DNA of 58,170 bases, filler included, from Dugesia japonica (GCA_001938525.1; 6 parts of 6 records of this genome joined end to end with filler, not necessarily neighbours in it); one strand, 5' to 3'. Counted from the whole stretch's first letter, positions 11,679-25,440 are shown. Numbers and translations are program-made. The notes: a model not told the origin generated them from the sequence alone.

Positions 11679-12955
11679 ATAATAAAATAAAGCAATACCC
11701 AAACAAACCCTTTTCATTTTATTTTTGAATGTTTATTTGATTAACATTGTTGGAATCATGCTGACTGAGACTAAACAACATTAAGAAAATTAAAGAATCT
11801 ACGTTAAATGTATAATTTAGTAAAATGTTTTATTATTAAATTTGAAATTTCTTTAAACCTGATTAAAAGTCATTTAAAGTCTATAATTTTAACAAAATTG
11901 TGGTACTTTTCTAGCATTTCTAACTCTATTTACATTATAGAAGTCATTCAAATAACAAAACTATTATTTTCATTAAATAATTTTTAGATATTTTAAAATA
12001 AAATTACTTTAAAGTTGCTCATGATATTTGTTTAAATAATCAATGAGATTTTAATTTAAATGTGTTTTAAACTTAAAAATTAAGATAATAGTTTTACTGA
12101 TAAATGTATTGAAATTATATTTAATGAAAATTTAAATTTATATTATAGTTGATCAATTCATTTTCCAACACTCAATTTAGATTATAATTTAAATTAAATT
12201 ATCTAAAGCAACGGCATACTGACATTTTTTAGCAAGGAAATGATTTTCCAAAAATGAATTTACTAATACAATTTTTTTCTTTTAGAAATACNNNNNNNNN
12301 NNNNNNNNNNNNNNNNNNNNNNNNNNNNNNNNNNNNNNNNNATCAAAATAATAAAATAAAGCAATACCCAAACAAACCCTTTTCATTTTATTTTTGAATG
12401 TTTATTTGATTAACATTGTTGGAATCATGCTGACTGAGACTAAACAACATTAAGAAAATTAAAGAATCTACGTTAAATGTATAATTTAGTAAAATGTTTT
12501 ATTATTAAATTTTAAATTTCTTTAAACCTGATTAAAATTCAATTTAAAGTCTAAAATTTTAACAAAATTGTGGTACTTTTCTAACATTTCTAACTCTATT
12601 TACATTATAGAAGTCATTCAAATAACAAAACTATTATTTTCATTAAATAATGTTTAGATATTTTAAAATAAAATTACTTTAAAGTTGATCATGATATTTG
12701 TTTAAATAATCAATGAGATTTTAATTTAAATTTGTTTTAAACTTAAAAATTAAGATAATAGTTTTACTTTAATGAAAATTTATTTAATGAAAATTTAAAT
12801 TTATATTATAGTTGATCAATTCATTTCCCAACTCTCAATTTAGATTATAATTTAAATTAAATTATCTAAAGCAACGGCACACTGACATTTTTTAGCAAGG
12901 AAATGATTTTCCAAAAATGAATTTACTAATACAATTTTTTTCTTTTAGAAATACA
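11673..12955. repeat. Near-identical direct duplication across a 50-N gap (probable uncollapsed haplotype overlap)
   Basis: 11673-12291 is repeated at 12342-12955 with a few SNPs and indels. The same pattern occurs at 29137-29395/29446-29705 and 50765-50823/50874-50932. Confidence 0.85.
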
Positions 12956-13374
12956 TGGATTTTAAAGTAATTCAAATAAATTGAAAATTTATAAATATTA
13001 AATATGTAGCTATCTGAACAAATTATATTTTATTTTGGGAAAATTGAACAACCAATAGCTTCATATTGTTTCTTAATTTAAATGTAATCAATTTTTAAAA
13101 TAAAAAATACATTATTAATTAATACATTATTAAGTTAAAGAAAGGTTTATAATAATATTTAATTTAAAAATGTTTTTGTATCAATGCATTCAAACAAATA
13201 GATAACGATGCCTTATTTTGATCATAAATAAAAAATGGATACCTTTATTATTATAATACATAAACTGTCTTTATTTGTTTAAAATTTACATGTGATTAAC
13301 AATGTACATTTTCAATATTGTGAAAATATTTTTGTATTATCAACAAAAATTTCAACATTAGTAAACTACAATTG

Positions 13375-13475
13375 AATTCATTAGAATTCATTTAAAATAA
13401 AAGCTTCGGTCAAAATTTGTTTTTTTTTTGTTTTTGATAATAATTCTATCGACTTTGTCTTCTTCAGGAAAAGCC
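13375..13475 (-). ncRNA. Hammerhead-motif element copy (degenerate, 4-nt deletion at GAAA/stem III)
   Basis: Minus strand ttttc CTGAAGA A GAC AAA GTC GA.. TA GAATT followed by the family tail aattttgaccgaagctttt. Confidence 0.65.
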
Positions 13476-13699
13476 AATAAGTCAAAACCACCAATTGTAA
13501 ATGTCGTAAATCCGTAAGGGTCAAAGGATATGAAAACAACAACTTTGGTCTTATTGTATAACTTTAAATAAAACTTTTTCAGCAACATCGGATAAAGTCA
13601 ATTCTGAGTTTTATTTAGCATTATTTATTAAATCTTCATTATTAACTTCAGTTTTGCTTTTCTTTTTTTGGATCAGAGTGTTCCTAACGAAGAGTCATG

Positions 13700-15540
13700 A
13701 TAATAACCACCTTCATGTCATATACTTTAATTCATCCCGCTTAGCCCAATATACTGGGATTTATTTGAATTATCCAAATCCAACAATCCTTTTAATGCTT
13801 CATGATCCATATGAAAAATAAAGATCTGTTCCATTAAATAGTTTTTAAATTTAAGAACAAACGTGTAAATAGAGAATATCTCTTTCCTGGTTATATAATA
13901 CTGACGTTGGTACTTTGTTAAAGATTTATTAGCATAAGCAATTATTCTGTATTTATTATCTTGTAAATGAAATAAAACGGCTCCTTTAGAGTTGAGAGAA
14001 GCATTTGTATCCAAAATATACTCACCTTTTTCTTAAGGTAGACTTAACGTTGGTGCTGAAATCAATTGGCGTTTTAATTCATAAAACGATGCTTTTCTTT
14101 CCTCTGACCATCCAAACTTCCTTTCACTTTTCAACATAGAAAATAACTCAGCAGACATTGCCGCGTAATTACTAATATATTTCCTGTAATAACTGCAGAA
14201 TCACAGGACTGTCTGTAGCTCTTTTTTACAAGACTGTAATTCTCTTTTTCTTATACTTTCAATTTTTTCTAGATCTGTTTGAACTATCTTCTTATGTCAT
14301 AATAATATATCTTGTACTGAAACCAGTTTTCTGAATATCTTTTTTTTCACCGGGACTTCTTAATAACCACTTGAAAAATACCGACTAATGAAATACATTG
14401 AATCAGAAAATTTTGAAAAAATAATTCATCTGCAGATGGAATGGAAAAAATGGGTCCAGTTGTTTTTGCATTTAAAGACCTATAGTCCATACATATTCTT
14501 GTATTTCCATTCCTTTTTCTAACAATCACAAGTAAAAAACTCCACGAAGATGTACTTTCTTTTATAATATCTCCTATTATATAATTATTTTCCAACTTAA
14601 TTTTCTAAATTCTCTGATGTTAGCCGGGCTTTAAATGCTATGAAAACCTTATTCTTTGTTTCTATTGGATGACATTTGTTTTGCCAATACCCATTTTATA
14701 TTTACTGAAAACATCTTTTATCACATAATATTTTCATTAGTGCTATAATTTCAGATTCTTTTCTTTCATTTGTCAGTGGCAATTCAATATTATTAAAAAT
14801 TCTGGCTGAGTCTGGATTATCAATCTTGGCTTCATTAATCGACAAATTTCTGCAGAATGCGTCTTCTGTGGTTATTTTTTCTTCCAGTCGTTCCAAACAC
14901 ACTAAAGTTGTTCCAGTATGGAAGGCTTTGGATCCTATATTGAGCATAGAAATATATCCAGAATAACTATTCACCAAACTATAACCTATTAATAAGTCTC
15001 TTCGATCTATTTTACTTTTGTCACCATAAAATACGTACTCTAGCAATATCTCCGATTTCTTTTTGGTTATCATTATTAAAAATCATACCTCTTATAAAAT
15101 GTTCTTCAACTTTATAAACATTTCTATTCTCAGCTACTGCACTAGGTCTACCAATATCTGTAATATGGTCGGTATTATATTAAAAATAAAGAAACCACTG
15201 TTTTTGATACAAATGGCAACAGAACATCTTGAATCATTATGCTATCTTTNGAAGGTAACACATAAATATTATGTATTTTCATACTTTTCAACCCTGTGTA
15301 CAAGTGGAGAAATAAATAAGGCATCTTGTTACAATTAATCCAATGTTTAGATTTAGTGTTCCTCGACAATTTACTGATTTTCAATTCTCACAAGTCAATC
15401 TAATTGTCGACCTTTGAATTTGAAGATCACGATTTTGATTTACTAATCTATTTGCTATTTACTAATCTAATGTTGAGATCAGCCTTAGTATCGAACATCA
15501 TTCGGATTTTCACTACTTTTAGTTGACACTAAGCAATCGG
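13700..15540 (-). mobile_element. Second Ty3/Gypsy family pol remnant (protease, RT, RNase H)
   Basis: Protease-like VKIRMMFDTKADLNI near 15470-15520. RT ESTSSWSFLLVIVRKRNGNTRICMDYRSLN (14347-14595). RNase H DTNAS...GAVL...IIAYAN...TRKE (13727-14014). Confidence 0.9.
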
Positions 15541-16519
15541 TTTATTTCTTATTCGTTCCGTTCTTGATATTGAAAAATGAAGTTTTTATAGTGATCACGT
15601 TATAGATGCAAAACTATGGCATAATAACTGTTTATTGTGCAATCATCAAATGATTACGCAAATGTTGTGCAATTATTATATAACAATACATTTTTGACGT
15701 AATACTATATGCATGACGTTGTTGGCTTTGTTGATCACCTAATAATCTGTATAAATAACNNNNNNNNNNNNNNNNNNNNNNNNNNNNNNNNNNNNNNNNN
15801 NNNNNNNNNNNNNNNNNNNNNNNNNNNNNNNNNNNNNNNNNNNNNNNNNNNNNNNNNNNNNNNNNNNNNNNNNNNNTATTAATATACTCAAATATTGGCT
15901 TAAAAATTGCATTTTATTGCATTGTTTATATTTTTATTAATTAAATCAAATAAAATTACTGATTACTAGAATGAAATTAATAAAATAGTAATATTAAAAG
16001 TATAAGAGTTGTAATTTAATTTTCATATAGCGAGAACCAATTACAGTAAACTAATTATTGGACAAAGAATTATTATTCCTTTTGGATTTTTTAAGATAAA
16101 AATATAAATATAGATGGAGTGTACTTCAAATTTATCCTCAATTTATATACAACGTTAAAAGTTTAGTTCATATAATTTGTGATAGTCGAAAAAAAGTTGA
16201 TAATTAATTTTAATATAAATGAAAAAAATAAAACATTATTGTTTTAATATTTGAATTTAATTGTATTGATAGATTAACTAATTTTAATTAAATAGAATAT
16301 TGTGTAAATCAAAAATAATATTTTTCTCTTATGTTGATTNTAATCATTTACATATTATCAAATAATATCAAATAATATTTATATTTTCCATTAATTATGA
16401 AATTCGGAAAATTTTAAAATTCTTTTCTAATTTAATTGGTTTATTCTGATTTATGTCCAAATTATTTTTTATGTCTGAATATTTCAGAGAGAATTTTATT
16501 AATTTTGAGGACTAAAATT

Positions 16520-16760
16520 CAATTGTAATTATTGCAAGAATAATTGCTGGACAAAAACCATTGATTGTTTTTCAGAATTTATTTAAAATAAAAGCTTTGA
16601 CTTTGTCTTTTCGTCGGGAAAAAATCAATTCCTAAAAAAGACAAAGTTAAAATATAGAATTATTATTAAAAACCAAAAAAAAAACAAATATTGATCGAAG
16701 CTTTTATTTTAATGAATAATAAATTCAAAATAAGTATTTTTCAAAAAACTCGAAGATCAA
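16520..16760. mobile_element. Hammerhead-family element with inverted 5' duplication
   Basis: Plus copy caattc CTAAAAA A GAC AAA GTT AAAA TAT A GAATT (16626) plus tail ttgatcgaagctttt. It is preceded by an inverted partial copy (16520-16620). Confidence 0.6.
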
Positions 16761-17349
16761 AAATTTCTAACTAATAGCATTGTGCTTTATTATAACTTTA
16801 AGAAATAGTTCATGTCTTGGAAAATTTTACAATTTAATTTAAAATGATATAATAACGCTTCAGTCCTTTAAGATTGGATAAAGTAATCAGCAAATATTTG
16901 CGATATTCCTTCTTAGTAAAGATTATTAGAAATTGAAATTTTTTATTAAAATCCTGTTTTCCTCTACATTAGGGGACTTTATATTATCCATATAGTTTTC
17001 AATTTAAGCCTTTAAACGTTTTAAGATTTTTAATAAAATATATTATATTTTAGTAAAATGTATTTTTATAGATGTTATTAAATAAAAACTTTAACCTTGT
17101 CAAAATTTATTTTTATTTTAAAAATATTTCAAGTCATGAATTATTTGTTTGAATATTATAAANNNNNNNNNNNNNNNNNNNNNNNNNNNNNNNNNNNNNN
17201 NNNNNNNNNNNNNNNNNNNNNNNNNNNNNNNNNNNNNNNNNNNNNNNNNNNNNNNNNNNNNNNNNNNNNNNNNNNNNNNNNNNNNNNNNNNNNNNNNNNN
17301 NNNNNNNNNNNNNNNNNNNNNNNNNNNNNNNNNNNNNNNNNNNNNNAGA

Positions 17350-17386
17350 AATTCAAATTTTTGACAATTGTCGTCTTCAGGAAAAT
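17350..17386 (-). ncRNA. Minimal type-I hammerhead motif (G12A variant)
   Basis: Minus strand ttc CTGAAGA C GAC AATT GTC AAAA ATT T GAA. Confidence 0.6.
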
Positions 17387-18369
17387 GATGACTTCTTGAT
17401 AGATTTAAATGGATAAACGATTTTTGTTAAAGAATTATTTTTTCAAAAATTTATTGGTCAAAAATTTTTTATTTGAAATAAAATCTTAAAAAATATTTTT
17501 TTTTAATTAAATTGAATTGAAAATCTCTCAAATGTGTAAAAAAACAAATATATCAAAACATTAAAATTTAAAAATATTAAAATAAAATTATTTTTCTATG
17601 AAATTTTAATAAGCATTCAAAAGCTTCTCTCAATTCATATCAAAAAACTTTTTATCAATATTATTTCGTTTTTCACCATAAAATCTTTTTAAAATTTAAT
17701 CTACTAATATTGATAATGATACTAATTTTTTTAAAATTTTAATTATTGTAATTATTGAAAATCACATTAATAAATTAAATTTTAAAAACGAAATAATATT
17801 GATAGAAAGTTTTTTTGNNNNNNNNNNNNNNNNNNNNNNNNNNNNNNNNNNNNNNNNNNNNNNNNNNNNNNNNNNNNNNNNNNNNNNNNNNNNNNNNNNN
17901 NNNNNNNNNNNNNNNNNNNNNNNNNNNNNNNNNNNNNNNNNNNNNNNNNNNNNCCTATTTTGGTGACCACCTCTATAAAATTGACCACTTCTAAAAGTAT
18001 AATGAAATTCTTAAATTTTAGCTTCAAAATTCTTTAAAATAATTAATAAAAAGGGACAACTGCTAGAAAATAATTTCTGTTAAATAAAAAATATTTATTT
18101 AGAAATAGAAAAATTAGAGTTAATGGAAATTTTAAACAGTGAATTATGGGAAAATTNNNNNNNNNNNNNNNNNNNNNNNNNNNNNNNNNNNNNNNNNNNN
18201 TTAATTAATTAANNNNNNNNNNNNNNNNNNNNNNNNNNNNNNNNNNNNNNNNNNNNGGTACGCGAAAAACATAAAAATTACGATATAAAAAATAATTTAA
18301 TTTAATTTAAAAGTAATTTTTTTAAATAATTAAAAGTACCATTAAAAGTACTTTCATTTACAGTTTAAA

Positions 18370-18885
18370 GTGACCAAGCATCCTATGACCGTTGTCTTTA
18401 TGACCAATATTCCGTATGGCCATATGGTCATGATAAATTGTCCTGTGACCAAACATCCTATGACCATTGCTTTATGACCAACATTCTTTATGACCAACAT
18501 TCCGCATGGCCATATGGTGATGATAAATTGTCAAGTGACCAAACATCCTATGACCATTGTCTTTATGACCAACATTCTTTATGACCAACATTCTTTATGA
18601 CCAACATTCTTTATGACCAACATTCCGTACGGCCATATGGTCATGATAATTTGTCCTGTGACCAAACATCCTATGACTGNNNNNNNNNNNNNNNNNNNNN
18701 NNNNNNNNNNNNNNNNNNNNNNNNNNNNNNNNNNNNNNNNNNNNNNNNNNNNNNNNNNNNNNNNNNNNNNNNNNNNNNNNNNNNNNNNNNNNNNNNNNNN
18801 NNNNCATTCCGTATGACCATATGGTCATGATAATTTGTCCTGTGACCAAACATCCTATGACCATTGTCTTTATGACCAACATTTG
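18370..18885. repeat. Complex tandem repeat (~17-18 bp TGACCAA-based subunits in a ~90 bp higher-order unit)
   Basis: Repeating tgaccaacattcttta / tgaccaaacatccta / catatggtcatgataa units. The ORFs called here are artefacts. Confidence 0.85.
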
Positions 18886-18975
18886 TCAGTTTATTTTGGT
18901 AGTAAGCAAATTAAACAAACAAATGTTTTTGCAGTCTTAACCTATATATATATATATAAAAGTCAATGAAAAAGT

Positions 18976-19080
18976 CAATTCCTGACAAAGACAAGGTCGA
19001 AATATCGAATTGTTATCCAATATCAATAAATAAAACCTAAATTTTGATAAAAGCTTTTATATTAAATGAATTCCTTAAAT
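18976..19080 (+). ncRNA. Hammerhead-motif element copy with 6-bp stem I (G8A variant) and tail
   Basis: caattc CTGACAA A GAC AAG GTC GAAA TAT C gaattg (18976-19012): stem I caattc/gaattg, stem II GAC/GTC, palindromic stem III ATAT, AUC triplet. Confidence 0.7.
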
Positions 19081-19697
19081 GATAATTTTAAGAATTATCT
19101 ATCTATTGAATTCGAATCCTTTCATAGGAAATTTTTATTTATGCATATCAAAGTCTTAAAATTTTACAATTACATTTATTGGTTTTATTCTCTACCAGAA
19201 TTATCATAATTATTTGTAATATTGCTACTTTCCTGGAAGTTTAAGTGTTCGAGTTAAATTGCATTAAATTTATATCCGACGTATATTTTTATAGGTTTCG
19301 CGTAGAAATGTNNNNNNNNNNNNNNNNNNNNNNNNNNNNNNNNNNNNNNNNNNNNNNNNNNNNNNNNNNNNNNNNNNNNNNNNNNNNNNNNNNNNNNNNN
19401 NNNNNNNNNNNNNNNNNNNNNNNNNNNNNNNNNNTTGTCTGTGAGCACATATGTGATATTCTTTCTTTTTCTTGCAGTTTGGTTCGGTTCGGAATTAACA
19501 CGTTAACGCCCAATTTAATTTAAATTTTTAAGTGATGTAGGGCAGAGAGTTAAATGTTTGTTTATTATTCTTATTCTAAAAATTAGAATAGAATAAGGTT
19601 TAGGCAGAGTACTAGAAAAATTATAAAGCGTGTCCTCAAAAGAGGACGCTGGATGCTAATGAGTTAAGATGATTTTAAAGAGAGGTATTTATAGGTA

Positions 19698-19875
19698 CAG
19701 TAACTACTCTCTTATCCGCCAAAAACGGGACTGTGAAAAAAGGTAGCGGTTTCTAGAAAAAGGCGGCTTTTGAAGTAAAAAGTAATAAATTTATTAAAAA
19801 ATCCAGTAAAAAATTATTTATATAGTATAAAAATGGCGGTTATTGGAGTTTGGCGGATGATGATGAGAGTAGTTA
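19698..19875. mobile_element. pogo/Tigger-like MITE
   Basis: TA|CAGTAACTACTCTCTTATCCGCCA at the left and inverted TGGCGGATGATGATGAGAGTAGTTA at the right, running into a gap. Confidence 0.7.
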
Positions 19876-20248
19876 NNNNNNNNNNNNNNNNNNNNNNNNN
19901 NNNNNNNNNNNNNNNNNNNNNNNNNNNNNNNNNNNNNNNNNNNNNNNNNNNNNNNNNNNNNNNNNNNNNNNNNNNNNNNNNNNNNNNNNNNNNNNNNNNN
20001 NNNNNNNNNNNNNNNNNNNNNNNNNNNNNNNNNNNNNNNNNNNNNNNNNNNNNNNATGATGTTTCTAGCAGAGTCTGGATAAGTTTATTATAATCACTAA
20101 TAAGCACATTATTTTGTTTTTCAAGGAATCTTCTCATAACCCTGTCAAGGGAGGAGTCTCGATTTTCAATTTAGTTAAATTTTTCTCAGACAAAATATTA
20201 TTTCTATTGGTGTTTATAGAAGTCCATTTCTCGACCATATCTTTAACT

Positions 20249-20713
20249 GGTACCCGGTCATTTGACATAAAATTGTTTTGGCATAAAATTGTTTTGACAT
20301 AAAATTGTTATGACATAAAATTGTTTTGACAAAATTTTTTTGACAAAATTTTTTTGACAAAATTTTTTGACAAAATTTTTTTGACATAAAATTTTTAAGA
20401 TAAAATGAAAAGTGCTGTTCAATGTAAACATGAAAAAATATCTTAAGATGAATTTAAAAGAAACCACGAAGTTCTAGTTTATTTGTAATAGATAAGCAAA
20501 GAGCCAGGAGATGAAGAAAACAGTATTAAATAAATGGTTTTTTATTACAAAATAAATTTATGTCTAACAAATAGTTTTAAAAGTGTTTTTAAATAGTTTT
20601 TTATGTCAAATATTTTTTATGTNNNNNNTTTTTTATGTCAAATATTTTTTATGTAAAATATTTTTTATGTAAAATAAATTTGTCAAAAAAATTTCATGTC
20701 AAATGTCTGTATC
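20249..20713. mobile_element. Foldback-type MITE with subterminal ~17-bp tandem repeats
   Basis: Left arm catttgacataaaattgtttt repeats and right arm inverted ttttttatgtcaaata repeats ending atgtcaaatg. No TSD recognised. It lies in the SLK intron 4 region. Confidence 0.75.
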
Positions 20714-20950
20714 AAGATTACTTAAATCAACATTAATTAACAAAATTAATGAAAGCTTTAAAATAAATAAAATTTAATAAAAACTTACAAAGTTAAAGTT
20801 AAATTGTTGTCAATGAGAATAAAGTGTAACTTTTATTTAAAATATAATTACTAAAAATCTAAAATATCTCTTTTTAAAGTGCAGCTTTATATCAAATTAT
20901 ATTAGAATTACATCATAGTCAATATTGTTCAAAAATTTAATAAAAATTAC

Positions 20951-21744
20951 CATACGACCATATATCAGCTCTACAATCATAAAAGCTTTCCATATTTTGG
21001 CAAGAAATAACTTCAGGAGCCATCCAATATGGAGTTCCTTGTACAGTGTTTCTTTTTTGCTTATCTGAAGCCAATTTTGCAGAAACTCCAAAATCAGCTA
21101 TTTTTCGAGTTAAANNNNNNNNNNNNNNTAGTTTTAAACTAACCTAACTTAACATCTGCGTCTTTAGTAACTAAAACATTTCCTGCTTTCATATCTCTAT
21201 GAATGACACCATGAGCATGTAAAAATATTAATCCAGATAAAATTTCTTTTGATGCATATTTAATTGCTTTTTCGTTTAAATTTTTATCTAAAGTTATCAT
21301 TAAACTGTCTAAAGCTCCTCCGTTACAATATTCTAATGACATCTTATTTAAAGTATTAATATTTATTTTCTACAAATTTCCAATATACCCATAATTTGTT
21401 TTCAAAATGATATGCATTGTATAAATTTACTATATTTTCATGTTTACATTCAGTGAGTATTTCAATTTCAACAATATACTCTTCCAAATCCCCTTCTTCT
21501 TCTAGATTAACTTGCTTCAAGGCAGCAATAATATTACTAGATTTATTTTGTGCCTAAAAATTAAATAAAGAGTTCTAAATTTAAAAAAATAGATTACCTT
21601 AAACACTTTACCAAAAGCACCATCACCTATTTCTCCAATAACATCCCATGTTTCCATAGGGTCACTTTTAGTAAGATATGCATAACTTTTCTTAGTTTTA
21701 GGATCAACCTTTAATTTCTTAAATAAATCTCGAATAAAGGCCAT
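20951..21744 (-). CDS. SLK: STE20-like serine/threonine kinase SLK/LOK (Slik) homologue, 5' partial, exons 21598-21744, 21389-21553, 21144-21342, 20951-21097
   Basis: Spliced over GT-AG introns of 44, 46 and ~46 bp: [12 protein letters not shown]...[17 protein letters not shown]|AQNK...ALKQV...[21 protein letters not shown]...KLW|[15 protein letters not shown]...[10 protein letters not shown]...VKL|ADFGVSAK...[11 protein letters not shown]...[19 protein letters not shown]+K and Y+VEI+IL are SLK/LOK signatures. Downstream exons were not found. Confidence 0.92.
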
Positions 21745-22139
21745 GGTTTAAAAAATTTATTATGTATCTATAATTTACTTTCCGTTAATCAATAAATACT
21801 GAAAATAATGATTTAATTTAAACTTAAAATTTGCTATTAATAAAAAATATTGAAAATATAGTTAAACAAATGTTAAGTTATTAAATCATTTAATTTATTT
21901 TTCAAAATAATTAAAATAAAATTGTTGAATTTTCAGCAAATGATTTTTTTTTATAATGAAATTCAAAAGAATTATCTCCAAACGTTATTAAACAAAAGAA
22001 TTAAACCTAAATACTATTCTAAATTTCAAATCTTAGTTTCGATTTGATTTTCAGCTTAATAATAGTCAGAAATATTTAAAACTTTATCATTATTTCTTCA
22101 AAATTTTTTTTGAAATTTTTCTGAGAAACAAATTTTTTG

Positions 22140-22500
22140 ATTTAGTTATCTAGATTTGTCAAAGAATGGTTTGATATGGAAAGAATTTGAAAATACATTT
22201 TAATAACAAAATGATTGGGATTAGTACTTAAGAACGCTCAAATCAGTTCTATGTGATTTCAAAGAAATTCCCTAAACACAATTAATCGACGTATTCAACA
22301 TACTTTCAAAATTAAACAGAAGTGATATATTGAAATATCATGATAATCATCAAAGAAAATGGATTGTATAGTGTAATGGTTAACGTAAAGATCCTGTTTC
22401 AAACCCCATGAGAAATTTCCATTAATATCAGAAAATAACATTCATCAAAAAGGTTGTGTTGTCAATATGGTTTAATTTTAAGAGAATTGTCTATATTATC
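22140..22500 (+). mobile_element. mariner transposase remnant
   Basis: KWIV..N..RK...NIHQKKVVLSIWFNFKRIVY matches the mariner DEKWI...IHQKKVMLSVWWDFKGIVY region. Confidence 0.7.
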
Positions 22501-23579
22501 TAACAAAAACATCAATTTGAGATTAAAATGTAACACATTTTAAAAGCACATTTTTTTAGAATCAAATGATTCTATTATATTAATGAACGATGATTTTTGT
22601 AAGCTATTGCTATTTATAGAAACATTAAAATTAACTCGTACTTTAGGAATGAGTGAATTTTAAAAAATTGGTAATTTTTCTAATGTCAAACGTAACTAAA
22701 ACCTTTGTAAATAAATGCAATTACGATAGTCTATGAGTTTAAATTAGTTTACGTTGTGTTATTGATAACCTTAAATTTCAAAGAAAAGGTTATTAGATCA
22801 TCGTAAAATCGTATTAACACGAGAAAAATTAAATATTCTCATTTGTGGTAATTAAACCTTAAATTAACTTTTAATTTAGGAATGTGTGAATGTTAATGTT
22901 GTGTGATTTCTTCTCTTCAAAAAACCACCTGCTGTAAATGATATCTAGTTTATCCTTTTATGCAATGCATTGTATTTTAAACAAAATACCCGATTCTATG
23001 TCGGAAACAATAAAAATAATGCAGTTAATAGATTAAGTTAAAAGCCCCCAAAGACAGTAAGTTAATAGATGCCTAGCTAGATTAACTGAGAGACGATAAC
23101 ATAAAACGCATACATGAAATAAATCAAAAAGTATTGAAGAATTTGAGATATCGAATGTATCGAATAGAAACCATGCTGCTACCAAGCCCAAACCAAAAAA
23201 ATAAAGTTGAAGATCGAGTATTTAACTCTAAACACAACAGTTTGTCAATCTTGTCAGACTTACACTAGCGGATCTTTCAAGCGCATTCTTGGAAAATTAG
23301 TCATGGCGCGTTTGAGTCTAATAGTATTATTTTCAGAAGCAAAACGGAAATCAGTAAGATTCAAATAATTACAGTCAAAATGGTGAATTAATAAAAACTC
23401 GAAGACATTATTTAGTATAAATGAAAATGATACGGTTGTGTAAAACTTAATAACTAAAAATTAAATAAGTCACAAAATGTATTCATCCAATTTCAAAAAA
23501 ATTGGAATATTTTAACAAAATTACAATCACTTTTATATAACACGCTCCATGATCTCAAGATAAATCAAGTGCATAATCA

Positions 23580-24200
23580 GCAAAACGAGCTGGTAAACGT
23601 TTTGTCCGTTCTGGTAACGCTTCTTTCTGAGTTGTTGACCCTTAAACTTCACAATGGTTTGATATTTGAGTCATTGTAAGCTTGATCGTCACTCTTAGTT
23701 TCACTGTCATCTGCGCTCTCATCACGCGTTTGCTTTACCTCGGCAAGTACTGATTTTTCATGAAACTTCCAAACATGAGATACATGTCTTGATTACTTTT
23801 AAAAATAAATTTTGATTTGTTCCTACTGTCTTGACTACACATACGAATTTAGAACATTGAAGTTCTTCTCGTCTTAATAGTTTACATCATGTGCTACTTT
23901 ATCTATTAATCGTAAATTACATCTATTGCATCTGTTTTATCAGTTTTATCCAGAAAATATCTAACATTGATTAGGTGGTGATATTTTCCAAGCAGTCTAT
24001 AACTTCATAAATTATGTCTCAAGTATCCAAATATCCAATAACAATCTTTTAGAAGACAAAAATTACGGAAATATTTAAATGTTAAATTTAGTAGACTTCC
24101 TAGAAAAATAACTCCTTGCAGATATAAATAAAGCCTGACAAACTGGTTAATATGTCATCAAATCAAATTTTAAGTTGTTTATTGAACTAGGAATAAGAAT
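23580..24200 (-). pseudogene. Probable Gypsy integrase C-terminal remnant
   Basis: VVKTVG...RHVSHVWKF followed by an acidic low-complexity tail and RTKRLPA, resembling Gypsy IN C-termini. Heavily decayed. Confidence 0.4.
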
Positions 24201-24857
24201 TAGTAGTTACTTTATTTGGTGTTATAAATAGGTATCATTGTTAATATAGTAAAGTATTCCTAAAGAATTACTTTGATCATTAATTAGTAATCTAAAATGA
24301 GAAATGTTTGATTGCGATTACTTTAGAATTAATATTAAATTTAGCGTGCGCCAAAAAATGAAGTAGATAGGTAGTCAGCCTGATATAAATTGCAGTGCCC
24401 TTCTTTGATGCGTATTAGCACTGGCAAGTTATTTTTTACAAGTTGTTACAATTTTATTGCTTTGTAAGTTACAACCCTAAACCCTTAGAAAAATCCAAAG
24501 GAAAGTAAGGCAAACATGAACTTTATTGATTTATAGTCATTGATTTACGAAACCGATTTCAAAATTTTTAAATCAATCTTAGTCATACCGCTATTTAATA
24601 AAAATCCAAAATATCAATGAGAAATTAAAATAATTGTAAATAATTGTTGGACGTTTTTCGATATTAAAGCTCAAATTCAAAATATTTACTTGTTTATTAT
24701 TGATTTGACTCCTCTTATCAGTACAGATTCGTCTTGCAATGAAGATGTAAATATTCTCCTCATAGAAGTTTTAATATACATTTAATTTAAATATTCTCAA
24801 ATAACAGAAAAATTTTAAATTAAACTTTATTACTATAACCTCATAATACATTGAAAT

Positions 24858-25345
24858 TTTCATCGGTAAATTTTGCAAAATTTTACAAAGTTTCAACTCG
24901 TTTATTCATGCATATACATCACTCAATTACACAAAGGAAAAACCAATAAAATGTATCAACAAATAAAAAATGGCAGGATGATTTTTACGGGTTGGTGACA
25001 TTTCATAACAAGATACTTAATTCTTTATATGATGTACAATTTTTTGGGTGTTTTCCAACAATACGGACGAATATGCTATATTTGCTTGAATATTAATAAT
25101 TTACCTGGCTCCACTGATAAGGTAAAGGTCCGTCTTGCAGAATAAACAATAAATGTAAACGAAAATTCCTTTTGAATAAGTTTTATTGAAACTGACGCAA
25201 AGTAATTTTCGGTAAAATGTGGCAAATTTTTACAAAAATTCAAATCGTTTAAATACTAAATCATGCACACACGACTCAATTAAACAAAGGGAAAACCAAT
25301 AAAATGTGTCAACAAATAAAAGTTGCCAAGATGATTTTTACACTC
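24858..25345 (+). pseudogene. Two diverged tandem copies of a C2H2 zinc-finger-like segment
   Basis: 24858-24990 and 25207-25345 are homologous. They translate to ...YTKEKPIKC and KCGKFLQKFKSFKY*IMHTRLN*TKGKPIKC (TGEKP.C-like linker) with stops. Confidence 0.4.
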
Positions 25346-25440
25346 TAATATCAACCAATGAAATATTTTTAATTGTACTGATCTCAAATTTGCCGCACAT
25401 CAATTTTCTATTTTTCATTAACAGTGGGAGGTTCGGGATC

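Noticed and set aside
11673-12955. Possible tandem 5S array unit
   Set aside because: The duplicate starts and ends exactly at a 50-N gap and is nearly identical, like two other cases in the window. An uncollapsed haplotype overlap explains it better.
18370-18885. Regular repeats that might suggest a CRISPR array (also 20258-20400 and 46745-46985)
   Set aside because: The units are contiguous tandem subunits without unique spacers, there are no cas genes, and the context is eukaryotic.
17097-20137. Numerous ORFs containing long X runs
   Set aside because: They are open only because they cross N gaps.
20897-21091. ORF-track protein MEFLQNW...
   Set aside because: It is the wrong frame of SLK exon 4. 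The true frame reads ADFGVSAK...GTPYWMAPE.
22362-22412. tRNA-like A box (TAGTGTAATGG) and B-box-like GTTTCAAACC
   Set aside because: It lies in frame within the mariner KWIVY.N..RKR coding motif and forms no cloverleaf, so it is coincidental.
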